A DNA stretch of 30,863 nucleotides, taken from positions 1 through 30,863 of IMG/VR virus record IMGVR_UViG_3300032305_002351. One strand, 5' to 3'. A program made the position numbers and the translations under genes. Origin of the DNA: a virus (taxonomy: Duplodnaviria; Caudoviricetes). Shown one piece after another: positions 1 through 7,733 of the stretch. The notes beneath the pieces are model-generated. The model did not search any database, was not told the origin of the DNA, and saw nothing but the letters and a program-made list of their open reading frames with translations. The stretch's first letter is position 1. Each line of letters opens with the position of its first letter.

Positions 1-2
1 AA

Positions 3-902
3 CCACAACCACCAATGGGACAAAATCCCCCTGCACCTGTTGAGGATGCATTTGAATTAGCTAAAAAAAGAAGAGCAGAACTTAAAAGACAAAGAGATGA
101 TGCTGCTAAACAACAACCACCAATGGGACAACAACCACCACAACCACCAGTTGGAGACTTTAAAGGTTTTATAAACAAACCAGCAGCGGAAAACAAACAA
201 GGCGGTACAAGTCAACCACCAACGATGCAACCACCACCACCACCTCCGGCTGCTCAAAAACCTACACAAACGCAAGACAATGATGAAACTACAGATGAAG
301 AAATAAAAAACACTGAGTTTTACAGATTACATTATTTAGAAGAAAATCCAGAAAAACTATTTTCTATTTACACAAAAAAAATAGATTTTGAAGGTGGATT
401 GGATAAAGTTTTAAAAAGAAATATCAATATTTATTGGATTGCTTATTCACAACTTTATAAACTTAAAGGAAAAGAAATAATAACGCTTGGAAAAGCAAAA
501 GAATTATTGTCAACAAGAAAAGATTTAACAGGTGACACAAGGTTATATCTTAGACTAATTGCGCAAGACCATTCTAGACCTTCAGATGATGACATAAAAG
601 AAACTAATATTCAAAATTTAGTAGATGAATATGGTAGAGATACAGAAGAACTATATGATGTTATCACGAAAAAAATACAACTACAAGGATTTGATGAAGC
701 TGTAAAAACCGAAATGGATGCTTGGCATATTTTTAACCGGCAAGAAGGAATCTTCCAAAATCTCAAAAAAGCAAAAATGATAATAACGCCTAAAATAGCA
801 CAAGGATTATTAAAAAGAATACAATTTGATGATTTAGGTTTTAGAAATCAACTAAGGAAATTTGTAAGATCCGACTCTTCTCAACAACAAGGGGGTATGT
901 AA
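3..902 (+). CDS. Hypothetical phage protein, probably 5'-truncated; Pro/Gln-rich N-terminus followed by two ~97-aa tandem repeats
   Basis: Frame is open from base 3 (PQPP before the Met at 15) and QPPMGQ recurs at ~114, so the ATG at 15 is likely internal; ends TAA 900-902. Confidence 0.8.
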   Translation, partial: PQPPMGQNPPAPVEDAFELAKKRRAELKRQRDDAAKQQPPMGQQPPQPPVGDFKGFINKPAAENKQGGTSQPPTMQPPPPPPAAQKPTQTQDNDETTDEEIKNTEFYRLHYLEENPEKLFSIYTKKIDFEGGLDKVLKRNINIYWIAYSQLYKLKGKEIITLGKAKELLSTRKDLTGDTRLYLRLIAQDHSRPSDDDIKETNIQNLVDEYGRDTEELYDVITKKIQLQGFDEAVKTEMDAWHIFNRQEGIFQNLKKAKMIITPKIAQGLLKRIQFDDLGFRNQLRKFVRSDSSQQQGGM

Positions 903-903
903 A

Positions 904-942
904 ATGAGTGAATTTAGCAGGTGGTTAAAAAGATTTAATTAA
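904..942 (+). CDS. Possible 12-aa mini-ORF MSEFSRWLKRFN
   Basis: ATG 1 nt after the upstream stop, GGGGG 8-12 nt upstream, peptide matches the F-x-x-W-L motif seen at the start of neighbouring proteins; too short to be sure. Confidence 0.25.
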   Translation: MSEFSRWLKRFN

Positions 943-983
943 TTTGTTTACATTTTTTAGCAATAATAACTTCATTATAAGCA

Positions 984-1172
984 ATGGAAGAAGATTGTTA
1001 TTTTGAAGTAATTGATGATGATGGCAAGCAGAGAATGAGTGCCAAATGCATCGACTGTTGCAAGGGGAAAGAAGAAAATAAATTCTTTTGGCAAGGATCT
1101 AGAAGAGGTTATGGACAATATAAAGTTGTATGCGAATCATGCAAAAAAGTAATTTACGACCCCAACAAGTAG
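984..1172 (+). CDS. Small zinc-ribbon-like protein
   Basis: 62 aa with two CxxC pairs (CIDC, CESC). Confidence 0.7.
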   Translation: MEEDCYFEVIDDDGKQRMSAKCIDCCKGKEENKFFWQGSRRGYGQYKVVCESCKKVIYDPNK

Positions 1173-1178
1173 GTAATA

Positions 1179-1781
1179 ATGTTTGCGAAAAATGTTTTCC
1201 GAAATAAAATTAAAAAAATCAATAAGAAAAACAATGAAGAAATAAAAAACATTCTTGCCAAGCCCGAATTTGTTCTTTTTAATTTTTCTGAAAATTTATA
1301 TTTACCAGAAGAAAGAAAAGAAGAAGAAATAGTTCATTGCAGTTGTGAGAAACATTGTGATTTGTTGCGTAATATTCGTGATAATCCTGAAGTTTTTATT
1401 GATCATATTAAGAAATACAATTTTAGTAAGCCAGTTGGTGTGTATAATGAATCTTTAAAGTTTTACGTTGAGAACAAGTTAAAAAGTGTTAAAGGCGTTA
1501 TTACTAAGTTGACTATTGATGAAACCATTAATAACATTAAGATAATTTCAACAAGAATAAAAAACTCTTTTGTTGTGCATGACACAAACGACATTGCAAT
1601 CAAAACATTTGACAACAATACTTGTTTTATGCTTTTTGAGTTTAAAGATGAAGTTAATTACAAATTAATTGACAAGATTAGAAATTCTTCTGTAATTGTT
1701 TTGACTAATAAAAAACAATCTTTAGAATTGAAGAAAAGAAATTATAAAGCTTTTGGCAATAATTTGTTTGTTAAAACATAA
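1179..1781 (+). CDS. Hypothetical protein, probable degenerate Dam/D12-class DNA adenine methylase lacking FxGxG and DPPY
   Basis: AGGT upstream of ATG; segments EEIVHCS..DLLRNIRDNPEVFIDHIKK and ISTRIKNSFVVHD..IKTFDNNTCFMLFE parallel Dam-family segments EVINDLD..LRDxPxEFI and RLKNVxIxNxD..IxxFDxxxTFxYxDPPY. CDS is secure, family call is inference. Confidence 0.5.
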   Translation: MFAKNVFRNKIKKINKKNNEEIKNILAKPEFVLFNFSENLYLPEERKEEEIVHCSCEKHCDLLRNIRDNPEVFIDHIKKYNFSKPVGVYNESLKFYVENKLKSVKGVITKLTIDETINNIKIISTRIKNSFVVHDTNDIAIKTFDNNTCFMLFEFKDEVNYKLIDKIRNSSVIVLTNKKQSLELKKRNYKAFGNNLFVKT

Positions 1782-1784
1782 ATA
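1776..1784 (+). promoter_or_regulatory. Putative late promoter ACATAAATA (T4 TATAAATA-like)
   Basis: 4 nt upstream of SD-less ATG 1789; identical 9-mer at 15916. Confidence 0.45.
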
Positions 1785-1788
1785 AGAT

Positions 1789-2001
1789 ATGTTAACTTTT
1801 TGGGATTGGGTAGGTGGACCAGTTGTTGGTAGCAATTACAATGACGAAATCCTACAAAATGCTGGTATTTCAAGCAAATACGGGGCTGTTGTAGCTCGTC
1901 CAAAAGGTGTAATGTCAAAAGCAGATTGTAATTTTTTAGGAAATAATTGCGAAAAAGACAAAGAAAAAAACAAAGATAAAAAAAGGAGAAAAAATGGCTA
2001 A
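1789..2001 (+). CDS. Small hypothetical protein, basic C-terminus, N-terminal MLTFWDW motif
   Basis: 70-aa ORF tiling between neighbours, overlaps next start. Confidence 0.7.
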   Translation: MLTFWDWVGGPVVGSNYNDEILQNAGISSKYGAVVARPKGVMSKADCNFLGNNCEKDKEKNKDKKRRKNG

Positions 2002-2305
2002 TCCAAAACCAACTATTATATTTACTTTAAATCTTAGTAACAAAGAAAGTTCAACTTTACCTTACAGTATGGAATTGACTGGTAATCAATCTGTAACTGA
2101 GTCTGTTTCTCAGGTTAATGCAAGAAGTTCTTGGTTACCATCGTTGGGCAATGGTGATAAAAATGGCTTAGGCTCTGGAGCAAATATTGTTGGCAGTAAC
2201 GGTGATACCATTACTGCTTATGGTCAGAATGCTCTTTATTTGAAAAGAACTTACGCAAATGGTTCACCTAATGATCTTTTAACTGTTGTTAGTATGGAAT
2301 GGTGA
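1994..2305 (+). CDS. Hypothetical protein (Ser/Gly/Asn-rich, possible virion protein)
   Basis: Strong SD AAGGAG upstream of ATG 1994; 103 aa. Confidence 0.8.
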   Translation: MANPKPTIIFTLNLSNKESSTLPYSMELTGNQSVTESVSQVNARSSWLPSLGNGDKNGLGSGANIVGSNGDTITAYGQNALYLKRTYANGSPNDLLTVVSMEW

Positions 2306-2307
2306 AA

Positions 2308-2634
2308 ATGGCAAACTTTGCTAGCTTGAACGAAAGCATAAACAATTTCAGGGAAGAAAAAAGACAGCAAAAGGAAGAAGCTATCGCTGATTTGATATCG
2401 AGAGGTATTGATATCGGTGGTGAAGACTTTTGGGATGATTTTATGCGTGTCATAGGTGATGGCAGAGGATTTTCTGCTTTATTTGAAATAAATCAACAAA
2501 AAATTGCAACTTGGCGCAGTAAAATTAGCAGCAATCTTTCTAAATATAATAACGATGATGATGATGATGATTTTCCTGAAAGACCCAAGAAAAGACGTTT
2601 AGTTAGTGCCGATGATTATGAAGGAGATACATGA
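2308..2634 (+). CDS. Hypothetical acidic protein
   Basis: ORF track 2299..2634; ATG 2308 just after the upstream stop is the likelier start; poly-Asp near C-terminus; ATGA overlap with next gene. Confidence 0.8.
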   Translation: MANFASLNESINNFREEKRQQKEEAIADLISRGIDIGGEDFWDDFMRVIGDGRGFSALFEINQQKIATWRSKISSNLSKYNNDDDDDDFPERPKKRRLVSADDYEGDT

Positions 2635-3011
2635 AGAATTTCAATGAATGGTTAAGCATCAGAAGTAATTCTTATAATGAAACTGAAGGTGATGGAGAAA
2701 GTCAAAGCGCATTTGATTTTAAAAATATCCCCGGAGCTAAAAATCCTTCTGGATTTAGCAGAGCTGAAGAAAAATATTCAAATTTAGTGGATAGATATGG
2801 TGGTCATGAAAAAATTAGAAATAAAAAAATGGCTTTAGCGGCAGTCATAGAAGATATTTATGATTTTTCAGATCCAGAACAATTAGATACAGTCAAAAGA
2901 GACTTAAGAATTTTGACAAATCGCTTGGAAATGAATAACAATTTAGACAATCTTCCTAAAGGTGAAGAAGAAAGTGAAGAGGGATACAATGGCAATCAAG
3001 AAGTTCAGTGA
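2631..3011 (+). CDS. Hypothetical acidic protein with N-terminal MKNFNEWL motif (possible internal head protein)
   Basis: SD AAGGAG upstream; 126 aa. Confidence 0.8.
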   Translation: MKNFNEWLSIRSNSYNETEGDGESQSAFDFKNIPGAKNPSGFSRAEEKYSNLVDRYGGHEKIRNKKMALAAVIEDIYDFSDPEQLDTVKRDLRILTNRLEMNNNLDNLPKGEEESEEGYNGNQEVQ

Positions 3012-3414
3012 ATGGTGTAGACAAGTCACCAATGAATCAGATGAATATGGATCAGCAGAAATGTCCATGCCTTCTGGTCTTGGCATGGGTGGTTCATTAG
3101 CTAGTAGAGCAGCAGACAAGCTAACTAAGGTAAATTTGACACCAGAAAGAACAATAGGTCTTTTAGAAACTTTCTTCCGTCAATTTGCCACTATTCCTGA
3201 GCAAAGAAGATTGATCCTGATGTTGAAAAAGCTTCTTCGCCGTCCAAGAGAACTATTTCTTCCCAACAAGATAAGAGAAATACTTTCTGGCAAAGATAGT
3301 GTAAAGCTTCCTCTTGACATGGACAACAGCATGCCAGAAGATAGTCTTGACGCTCGTGATAATATTGATACTCTTGATTCTCTTGATTCTCGTGATATTC
3401 ATGATAAGTTTTAG
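2989..3414 (+). CDS. Hypothetical protein with N-terminal MAIKKFSEW motif (possible internal head protein)
   Basis: ORF track starts at GTG 2962; in-frame ATG 2989 is preceded by GAGGGA. Confidence 0.8.
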   Translation: MAIKKFSEWCRQVTNESDEYGSAEMSMPSGLGMGGSLASRAADKLTKVNLTPERTIGLLETFFRQFATIPEQRRLILMLKKLLRRPRELFLPNKIREILSGKDSVKLPLDMDNSMPEDSLDARDNIDTLDSLDSRDIHDKF

Positions 3415-4511
3415 TGATGGACCAATTAAATAACATAAAAAGAGAAGATTTTGAGCGCCTGCTTAGGCAGGCGCAATTTGAAAATAAATTTAAGCCAATA
3501 AAAAATATAGACAATTTAAATCAGACTATCCTACCTCAAAAAAAAGAACAATTGTATTTTGACAAACAAATTGTAAGATCGACTATCAAGAGAGATCAGC
3601 TAAACTTAAAAAAAAGAAAATCTTTAGAAGAGAGTTTGGGTAATAGCACTGTTGCAAGTGCTATTGATTTTTTAAATCCAAGTAAAAACTGGTATCTCAA
3701 TTTTGGTGGTGCTGGTGATCTTATTCTTTTGATTGCCAATGCTTACAAAGACGCAAATGCTCAAATTGTATTTTTGGCTAATGCAGGCAGCATGGAATTC
3801 TGCAAAGAAATTTTAGAATTTTTTAAATTAGAATGTTTTGTTTCTAAAAATATTATGGGAACAAAGCATGCCAGCGTTTTAAATGATTACATGGTACAAA
3901 AAATCAATTTTAAACCTAGTGCCCACTTATCAAGGGGTTTATATTTCGGTGATTGGGCAAGAGACATAGAATATTACAAAAATAGAATGGTGCTAAAAAC
4001 TGATTGGGTAGAATTATTTGGCAAAAACCCAATATTCAAAAATGAAAAAGTTATAATTTTACAACCAAGTGGTTCATTCAGAAGTTATGACCGTCAAAGA
4101 TATCTTGAAGTATTTGAGTATAATCACATTGTTAAAAAGTTTATAGATCTTGAATATAGTGTTATTACCACAGGATCTGAAAGCGACAAAGATTACTACA
4201 AGTGGAAACCAACAAATAAAAAAGATTGGTTTATGAGTTCGCAAAAATTGTTTGGACTTAAACATTTAACGCCAATAAATTTAAACCTATTTATGCAAAC
4301 AATAAATTGTGCTGAAAAAGTTATATCGGCTGATACATGGTTAAAATCTTATTCTTTACTTTGTTCAATTCCAACATTTGTCTTTGGCAATAGACATAGA
4401 GGAAATTATTTACCAGTCGGTGCAGATCCATGCGATCATATATTCTTAAATAAAAACATCTGGGAAAATTTAGAAATTAAAACTGTTGAAGAAATAATGG
4501 AAATGAATTAA
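3414..4511 (+). CDS. GT-B fold glycosyltransferase, GT9 (heptosyltransferase)-like
   Basis: GGAGDLIL, IILQPSGS, YSVITTGSESD and AEKVISADT..IPTFVF match the GT9 motif order (GDxL; xPGxx; VxxxG; IxxD[S/T]..PTV). Confidence 0.65.
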   Translation: MMDQLNNIKREDFERLLRQAQFENKFKPIKNIDNLNQTILPQKKEQLYFDKQIVRSTIKRDQLNLKKRKSLEESLGNSTVASAIDFLNPSKNWYLNFGGAGDLILLIANAYKDANAQIVFLANAGSMEFCKEILEFFKLECFVSKNIMGTKHASVLNDYMVQKINFKPSAHLSRGLYFGDWARDIEYYKNRMVLKTDWVELFGKNPIFKNEKVIILQPSGSFRSYDRQRYLEVFEYNHIVKKFIDLEYSVITTGSESDKDYYKWKPTNKKDWFMSSQKLFGLKHLTPINLNLFMQTINCAEKVISADTWLKSYSLLCSIPTFVFGNRHRGNYLPVGADPCDHIFLNKNIWENLEIKTVEEIMEMN

Positions 4512-4852
4512 AGAATGCACGGATAGTTTGCGTTTGTTGTTTCTATAATTTTCCGTTCATAGTACATCTTAGCTAATAACAAAGCATCATATTCTTGAAT
4601 CAAATCGTTTTCATTCCACAATGAATTAAATGTGTCAAGATAAATGAATATCATCTTGCCTGCTGTACCAGCAGTCATTATTAGTCTTACTTGTTTAATT
4701 GCAACTTTTTCAAACAAACCCATTATAGCTTTTTGTTTAGAGAATAAAACATCTCCGGGACTCCATTTGTGTGGATAATTTACTGTTTTCCAATATTTGG
4801 AACAAGGTTTTATTTGTAGATTTCCATTCCCTATGTATGAATAACTAGGCAT
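4508..4852 (-). CDS. Hypothetical protein; single-domain paralogue of the repeat in 4845..5861
   Basis: 114-aa ORF overlapping the upstream stop; shares YxGxGx[F/L] and YxDxxxxxxxExxLxxE motifs with neighbour. Confidence 0.75.
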   Translation of the reverse strand: MPSYSYIGNGNLQIKPCSKYWKTVNYPHKWSPGDVLFSKQKAIMGLFEKVAIKQVRLIMTAGTAGKMIFIYLDTFNSLWNENDLIQEYDALLLAKMYYERKIIETTNANYPCIL

Positions 4853-5861
4853 TCAGCCTCCCGTTTATTTCTGCAAGTTTTTGTGCATAACTATTTAATT
4901 TCTCATTATATTTTTGTGAAAAATAATCAACTGTTTGACTTTCATCTAGTAATTGATCTTCACCATAAACACCTTGATTCGAATCATAATACTTCTGAGC
5001 AGTTGTGCCCATTACACCTTTGACAGAAACAGCTTGATTCAAGCTATTAAATCCATCATTGTTAATCACAAATTTAGCATTTATTTTTGTATAATTTGGT
5101 ATAGGTGGTGTTAGCACAGATAATTTTTCATTTATGATGTTTAATTTGTTATCATACTGATCAATCAGATTATTATTGACTGTTATTTTGTATTCAACAT
5201 TTTCTGAAGGAGTTAAAGATGTTTCATTATTAACAGTTTCAGAATTACTTGTATAGTATGGGTCTACATCTGTACCATAAACAAAAACAACTTGATTGTT
5301 CTTGTTAACAAGATCAATAAATGTTTCATTAATGTTAAATTTAATATTTGTCAATATTTCTTTATCTTCAGGCAAAGGAACCGTATTTAATTTTTGATTA
5401 ATATAATTAATCATCTGTTGATATTTTGTTATGTCATTTGAATACTTGTTTGAAAGTATTGAAATTAGCTCTGAGTCTGTAAACAAATTGCTATTATCGA
5501 ATAGATTGGTTTGTAAGGTGTTAGTTGCTGCATAAATTGGATATCCGCCGACACCTTGCACTTGGAAAACAGTATATTGTTTATTATCGTAAGTTGTTCC
5601 TGTTTGGTTGATATTAAACTTGATATTAGTGTACAGTTTTTCTGGTATTTTACCATTATTTTTCCCAACAAGTTCAAATGAACCAAAGCCTGTGTAATAA
5701 TATTTTAGACCTACTACTGCGCTTCCTGCTAACTCAAAATTACCAGCACCTTCGTAATTTACAACAAATTTAGTTAATGCTGCGCCAACAAGTTCAAATG
5801 AACCCGAACCGACATACGATTTCTTATAAATTCCAAGATTTAATATGTTATTAATATGCAT
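4845..5861 (-). CDS. Repeat-containing hypothetical (probable virion) protein: 3 x ~20-aa YxGxGxFELxG repeats then 3 x ~90-aa repeats
   Basis: 338-aa ORF; repeats visible in translation (TNIKFNIN, TNIKFNIN, INAKFVIN). Confidence 0.8.
   Translation of the reverse strand: MHINNILNLGIYKKSYVGSGSFELVGAALTKFVVNYEGAGNFELAGSAVVGLKYYYTGFGSFELVGKNNGKIPEKLYTNIKFNINQTGTTYDNKQYTVFQVQGVGGYPIYAATNTLQTNLFDNSNLFTDSELISILSNKYSNDITKYQQMINYINQKLNTVPLPEDKEILTNIKFNINETFIDLVNKNNQVVFVYGTDVDPYYTSNSETVNNETSLTPSENVEYKITVNNNLIDQYDNKLNIINEKLSVLTPPIPNYTKINAKFVINNDGFNSLNQAVSVKGVMGTTAQKYYDSNQGVYGEDQLLDESQTVDYFSQKYNEKLNSYAQKLAEINGRLNA
5665..5804. repeat. 60-bp-period coding repeat; exact 20-mer CCAACAAGTTCAAATGAACC at 5665 and 5785 with a diverged middle copy
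   Basis: Read directly from sequence; encodes GSFELVG / GNFELAG / GSFELVG. Confidence 0.85.
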
Positions 5862-5862
5862 T

Positions 5863-6387
5863 TTATATTAGTCTTCCAATAATGGTTGCATAAAGGTCTT
5901 GTGTAAATGCTGAGTCATTTTTCATGGTAACTCTTATGTGAAGAGGACCACTAATAGCGATTGGTTGATAAAATGGAATTGTTAATGTTGGATTTGCTGA
6001 TGAAAAAAATCCAACAGCATAAGTGCCAGATGCTGCTCCAGTAGAAGCAGCAGCATATTCTACGATTACTTTCACGGGACCAGAAGATGCACTGGCAATT
6101 ATTTCTTTTAAATAGAATATTTTTCCACTAGATATGCCATAGTACGAAACTATTGAGCTTGTTGTAGAAGAAACACTTACTGAATTTCCATAAGATGTTA
6201 TTATATTATCAGAGATTTCTTTTTCTGTTGTAATAACAGGTGTGCCACTAGTCAAACCTTGTATGGTTACATTACCAGTTTCGACTAGAATTCTTCCACT
6301 AGCTACACTGGCGATTTTATCGCTTGCTCCACCAGTATAAGTATTATCAAATATTTGTACGCCAAGACCGGCAGTAACATTAGCCAT
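5863..6387 (-). CDS. Ser/Thr/Gly-rich beta-strand protein, probable virion structural protein
   Basis: SD AAGGAG 5 nt upstream of ATG; composition and alternating hydrophobic pattern typical of virion beta-sandwich proteins. Confidence 0.75.
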   Translation of the reverse strand: MANVTAGLGVQIFDNTYTGGASDKIASVASGRILVETGNVTIQGLTSGTPVITTEKEISDNIITSYGNSVSVSSTTSSIVSYYGISSGKIFYLKEIIASASSGPVKVIVEYAAASTGAASGTYAVGFFSSANPTLTIPFYQPIAISGPLHIRVTMKNDSAFTQDLYATIIGRLI

Positions 6388-6393
6388 GAATTC

Positions 6394-6430
6394 TCCTTAT
6401 ATTGAAATATATACTATTTCAACATAAGGA
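6394..6430 (-). promoter_or_regulatory. 16-bp RNA hairpin sequestering the Shine-Dalgarno of 5863..6387
   Basis: Minus strand UCCUUAUGUUGAAAUA-GUAUA-UAUUUCAAUAUAAGGA; 15 Watson-Crick pairs plus one G-U; 3' arm contains AAGGA of the SD. Confidence 0.75.
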
Positions 6431-6431
6431 T

Positions 6432-7367
6432 TTATTTGGTTAAGGTAAAATCTAAAAATTGCATGCCCATTTGTGGAATTAAAAGATTGTTAATTCTTAA
6501 ATTACTTCTAATTCTGTTTGCTGCGTCTCCAGTCAAATACCAAGAATCAGCTGGTTCAGTAATTGTTTTCTGATCAGCATTGCGTAAACCTGCTTTATTA
6601 ATAAATTCGTTATAAGTTTTGACTGGAGTTGTGACAAATATTGTTGGATAATTTTTGAAATTATGACCTAACAGAGAAAGTTCTTCTTTTGTCAATATTA
6701 AATGAGCATATCCTTTATTTACTTTTGTATAAGTATGACCACCGTGTTTACTAATAAATGGATGCGCTCTCATTCTAATAACGCCATCATCTTTAAGAAC
6801 AGACTTTGCTTTTAGTAAAATTTCGTGTGGTTGTTCATGTTCAACATGATCAATCACATCATAAAGATAAATCAAATCATAAGGACCATTTTTTGTTACT
6901 TCGTCCCAAGATGTTGTTAATAGACTTTTATCAGTGTTTCCAACCTGAAAATCACCTAATATATCATATCCAATAACAAATGCTGGATTCTTCTCAAGAA
7001 TTGATTGAATCAAATGACCATATCCTGTTCCAAAATCAAGTACTTTCTTATTATCAAAAACAAAATTTGGATGAAAAACGTCTCTTATACCATTTGCTCT
7101 ATCCATTTTGTCTTCATGGCTATTTTCGTCACAAATTAAATCTGGTGGGACAGCCGCTGACCAATTTGGGTTTTCATAAACAAATTTCTTAAGGATACTC
7201 ATTCTATCTTGCTGTGACATATTATTTGGTTGTGTAATTTGTGCTATAGAAGCAACCTGTGCTACAGGAGCAATTGGTTGATCAGGAACCAAAGTATCAA
7301 TCTTGATTTTTAATTGATTAACTTGATTTAAAATTGAATTAATAATAGCATTTATTTCTTTTTTCAT
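6432..7367 (-). CDS. Class I SAM-dependent methyltransferase with N-terminal coiled-coil extension
   Basis: Motif I KKVLDFGTGYG, IGYDI, YDLIYLYDVIDHV, LKDDGVI. Confidence 0.85.
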   Translation of the reverse strand: MKKEINAIINSILNQVNQLKIKIDTLVPDQPIAPVAQVASIAQITQPNNMSQQDRMSILKKFVYENPNWSAAVPPDLICDENSHEDKMDRANGIRDVFHPNFVFDNKKVLDFGTGYGHLIQSILEKNPAFVIGYDILGDFQVGNTDKSLLTTSWDEVTKNGPYDLIYLYDVIDHVEHEQPHEILLKAKSVLKDDGVIRMRAHPFISKHGGHTYTKVNKGYAHLILTKEELSLLGHNFKNYPTIFVTTPVKTYNEFINKAGLRNADQKTITEPADSWYLTGDAANRIRSNLRINNLLIPQMGMQFLDFTLTK

Positions 7368-7377
7368 AATACCCCAA

Positions 7378-7404
7378 TAAATAATTTGTCTACAATTATT
7401 TAGT
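7378..7404. promoter_or_regulatory. 9-bp inverted repeat in a divergent intergenic region, placing TAAATA on both strands
   Basis: TAAATAATT (7378-7386) / AATTATTTA (7394-7402); minus-strand ACTAAATA at 7397-7404. Confidence 0.45.
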
Positions 7405-7410
7405 TAAGCC

Positions 7411-7686
7411 ATGAGAATAAAAAATAAAAAAACATACAAATTATCTAGGGGCAAATGTGTTTTATGTGGAGAAAGTAATCTTGCCACATTAGACATACAC
7501 AGAATACTAGAAGGTGAGAATAATGGCACATATGATCACGAAAACTGCGTGCTCTTGTGTAGCAATTGTCACAGAAAAGTTCATGCTGGGCAAATACAGA
7601 TCGTAAGAAGGCACAAAAGTCTAAGTTGGCGGGAATACATAGAAGTCATAGAAAATGGTGTTAGAAGACTAGTTGAGTGTACCTAA
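7411..7686 (+). CDS. Small HNH-fold (zinc-binding) endonuclease-like protein
   Basis: CVLC...DIHRI...GTYDHENCVLLCSNCHRKVH. Confidence 0.85.
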   Translation: MRIKNKKTYKLSRGKCVLCGESNLATLDIHRILEGENNGTYDHENCVLLCSNCHRKVHAGQIQIVRRHKSLSWREYIEVIENGVRRLVECT

Positions 7687-7733
7687 AACAACTTTTTGAG
7701 ACATGCTTTATATATAATACTGGAGGTGATACC

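Noticed and set aside
3343-3400. Short CTTGA-based repeats encoding SLDARDNIDTLDSLDSRD
   Set aside because: Low-complexity acidic protein tail; no sign of independent function.
5665-5804. CRISPR-like repeat-spacer array
   Set aside because: Only two exact 20-mers with a diverged middle copy, in frame within a coding repeat.
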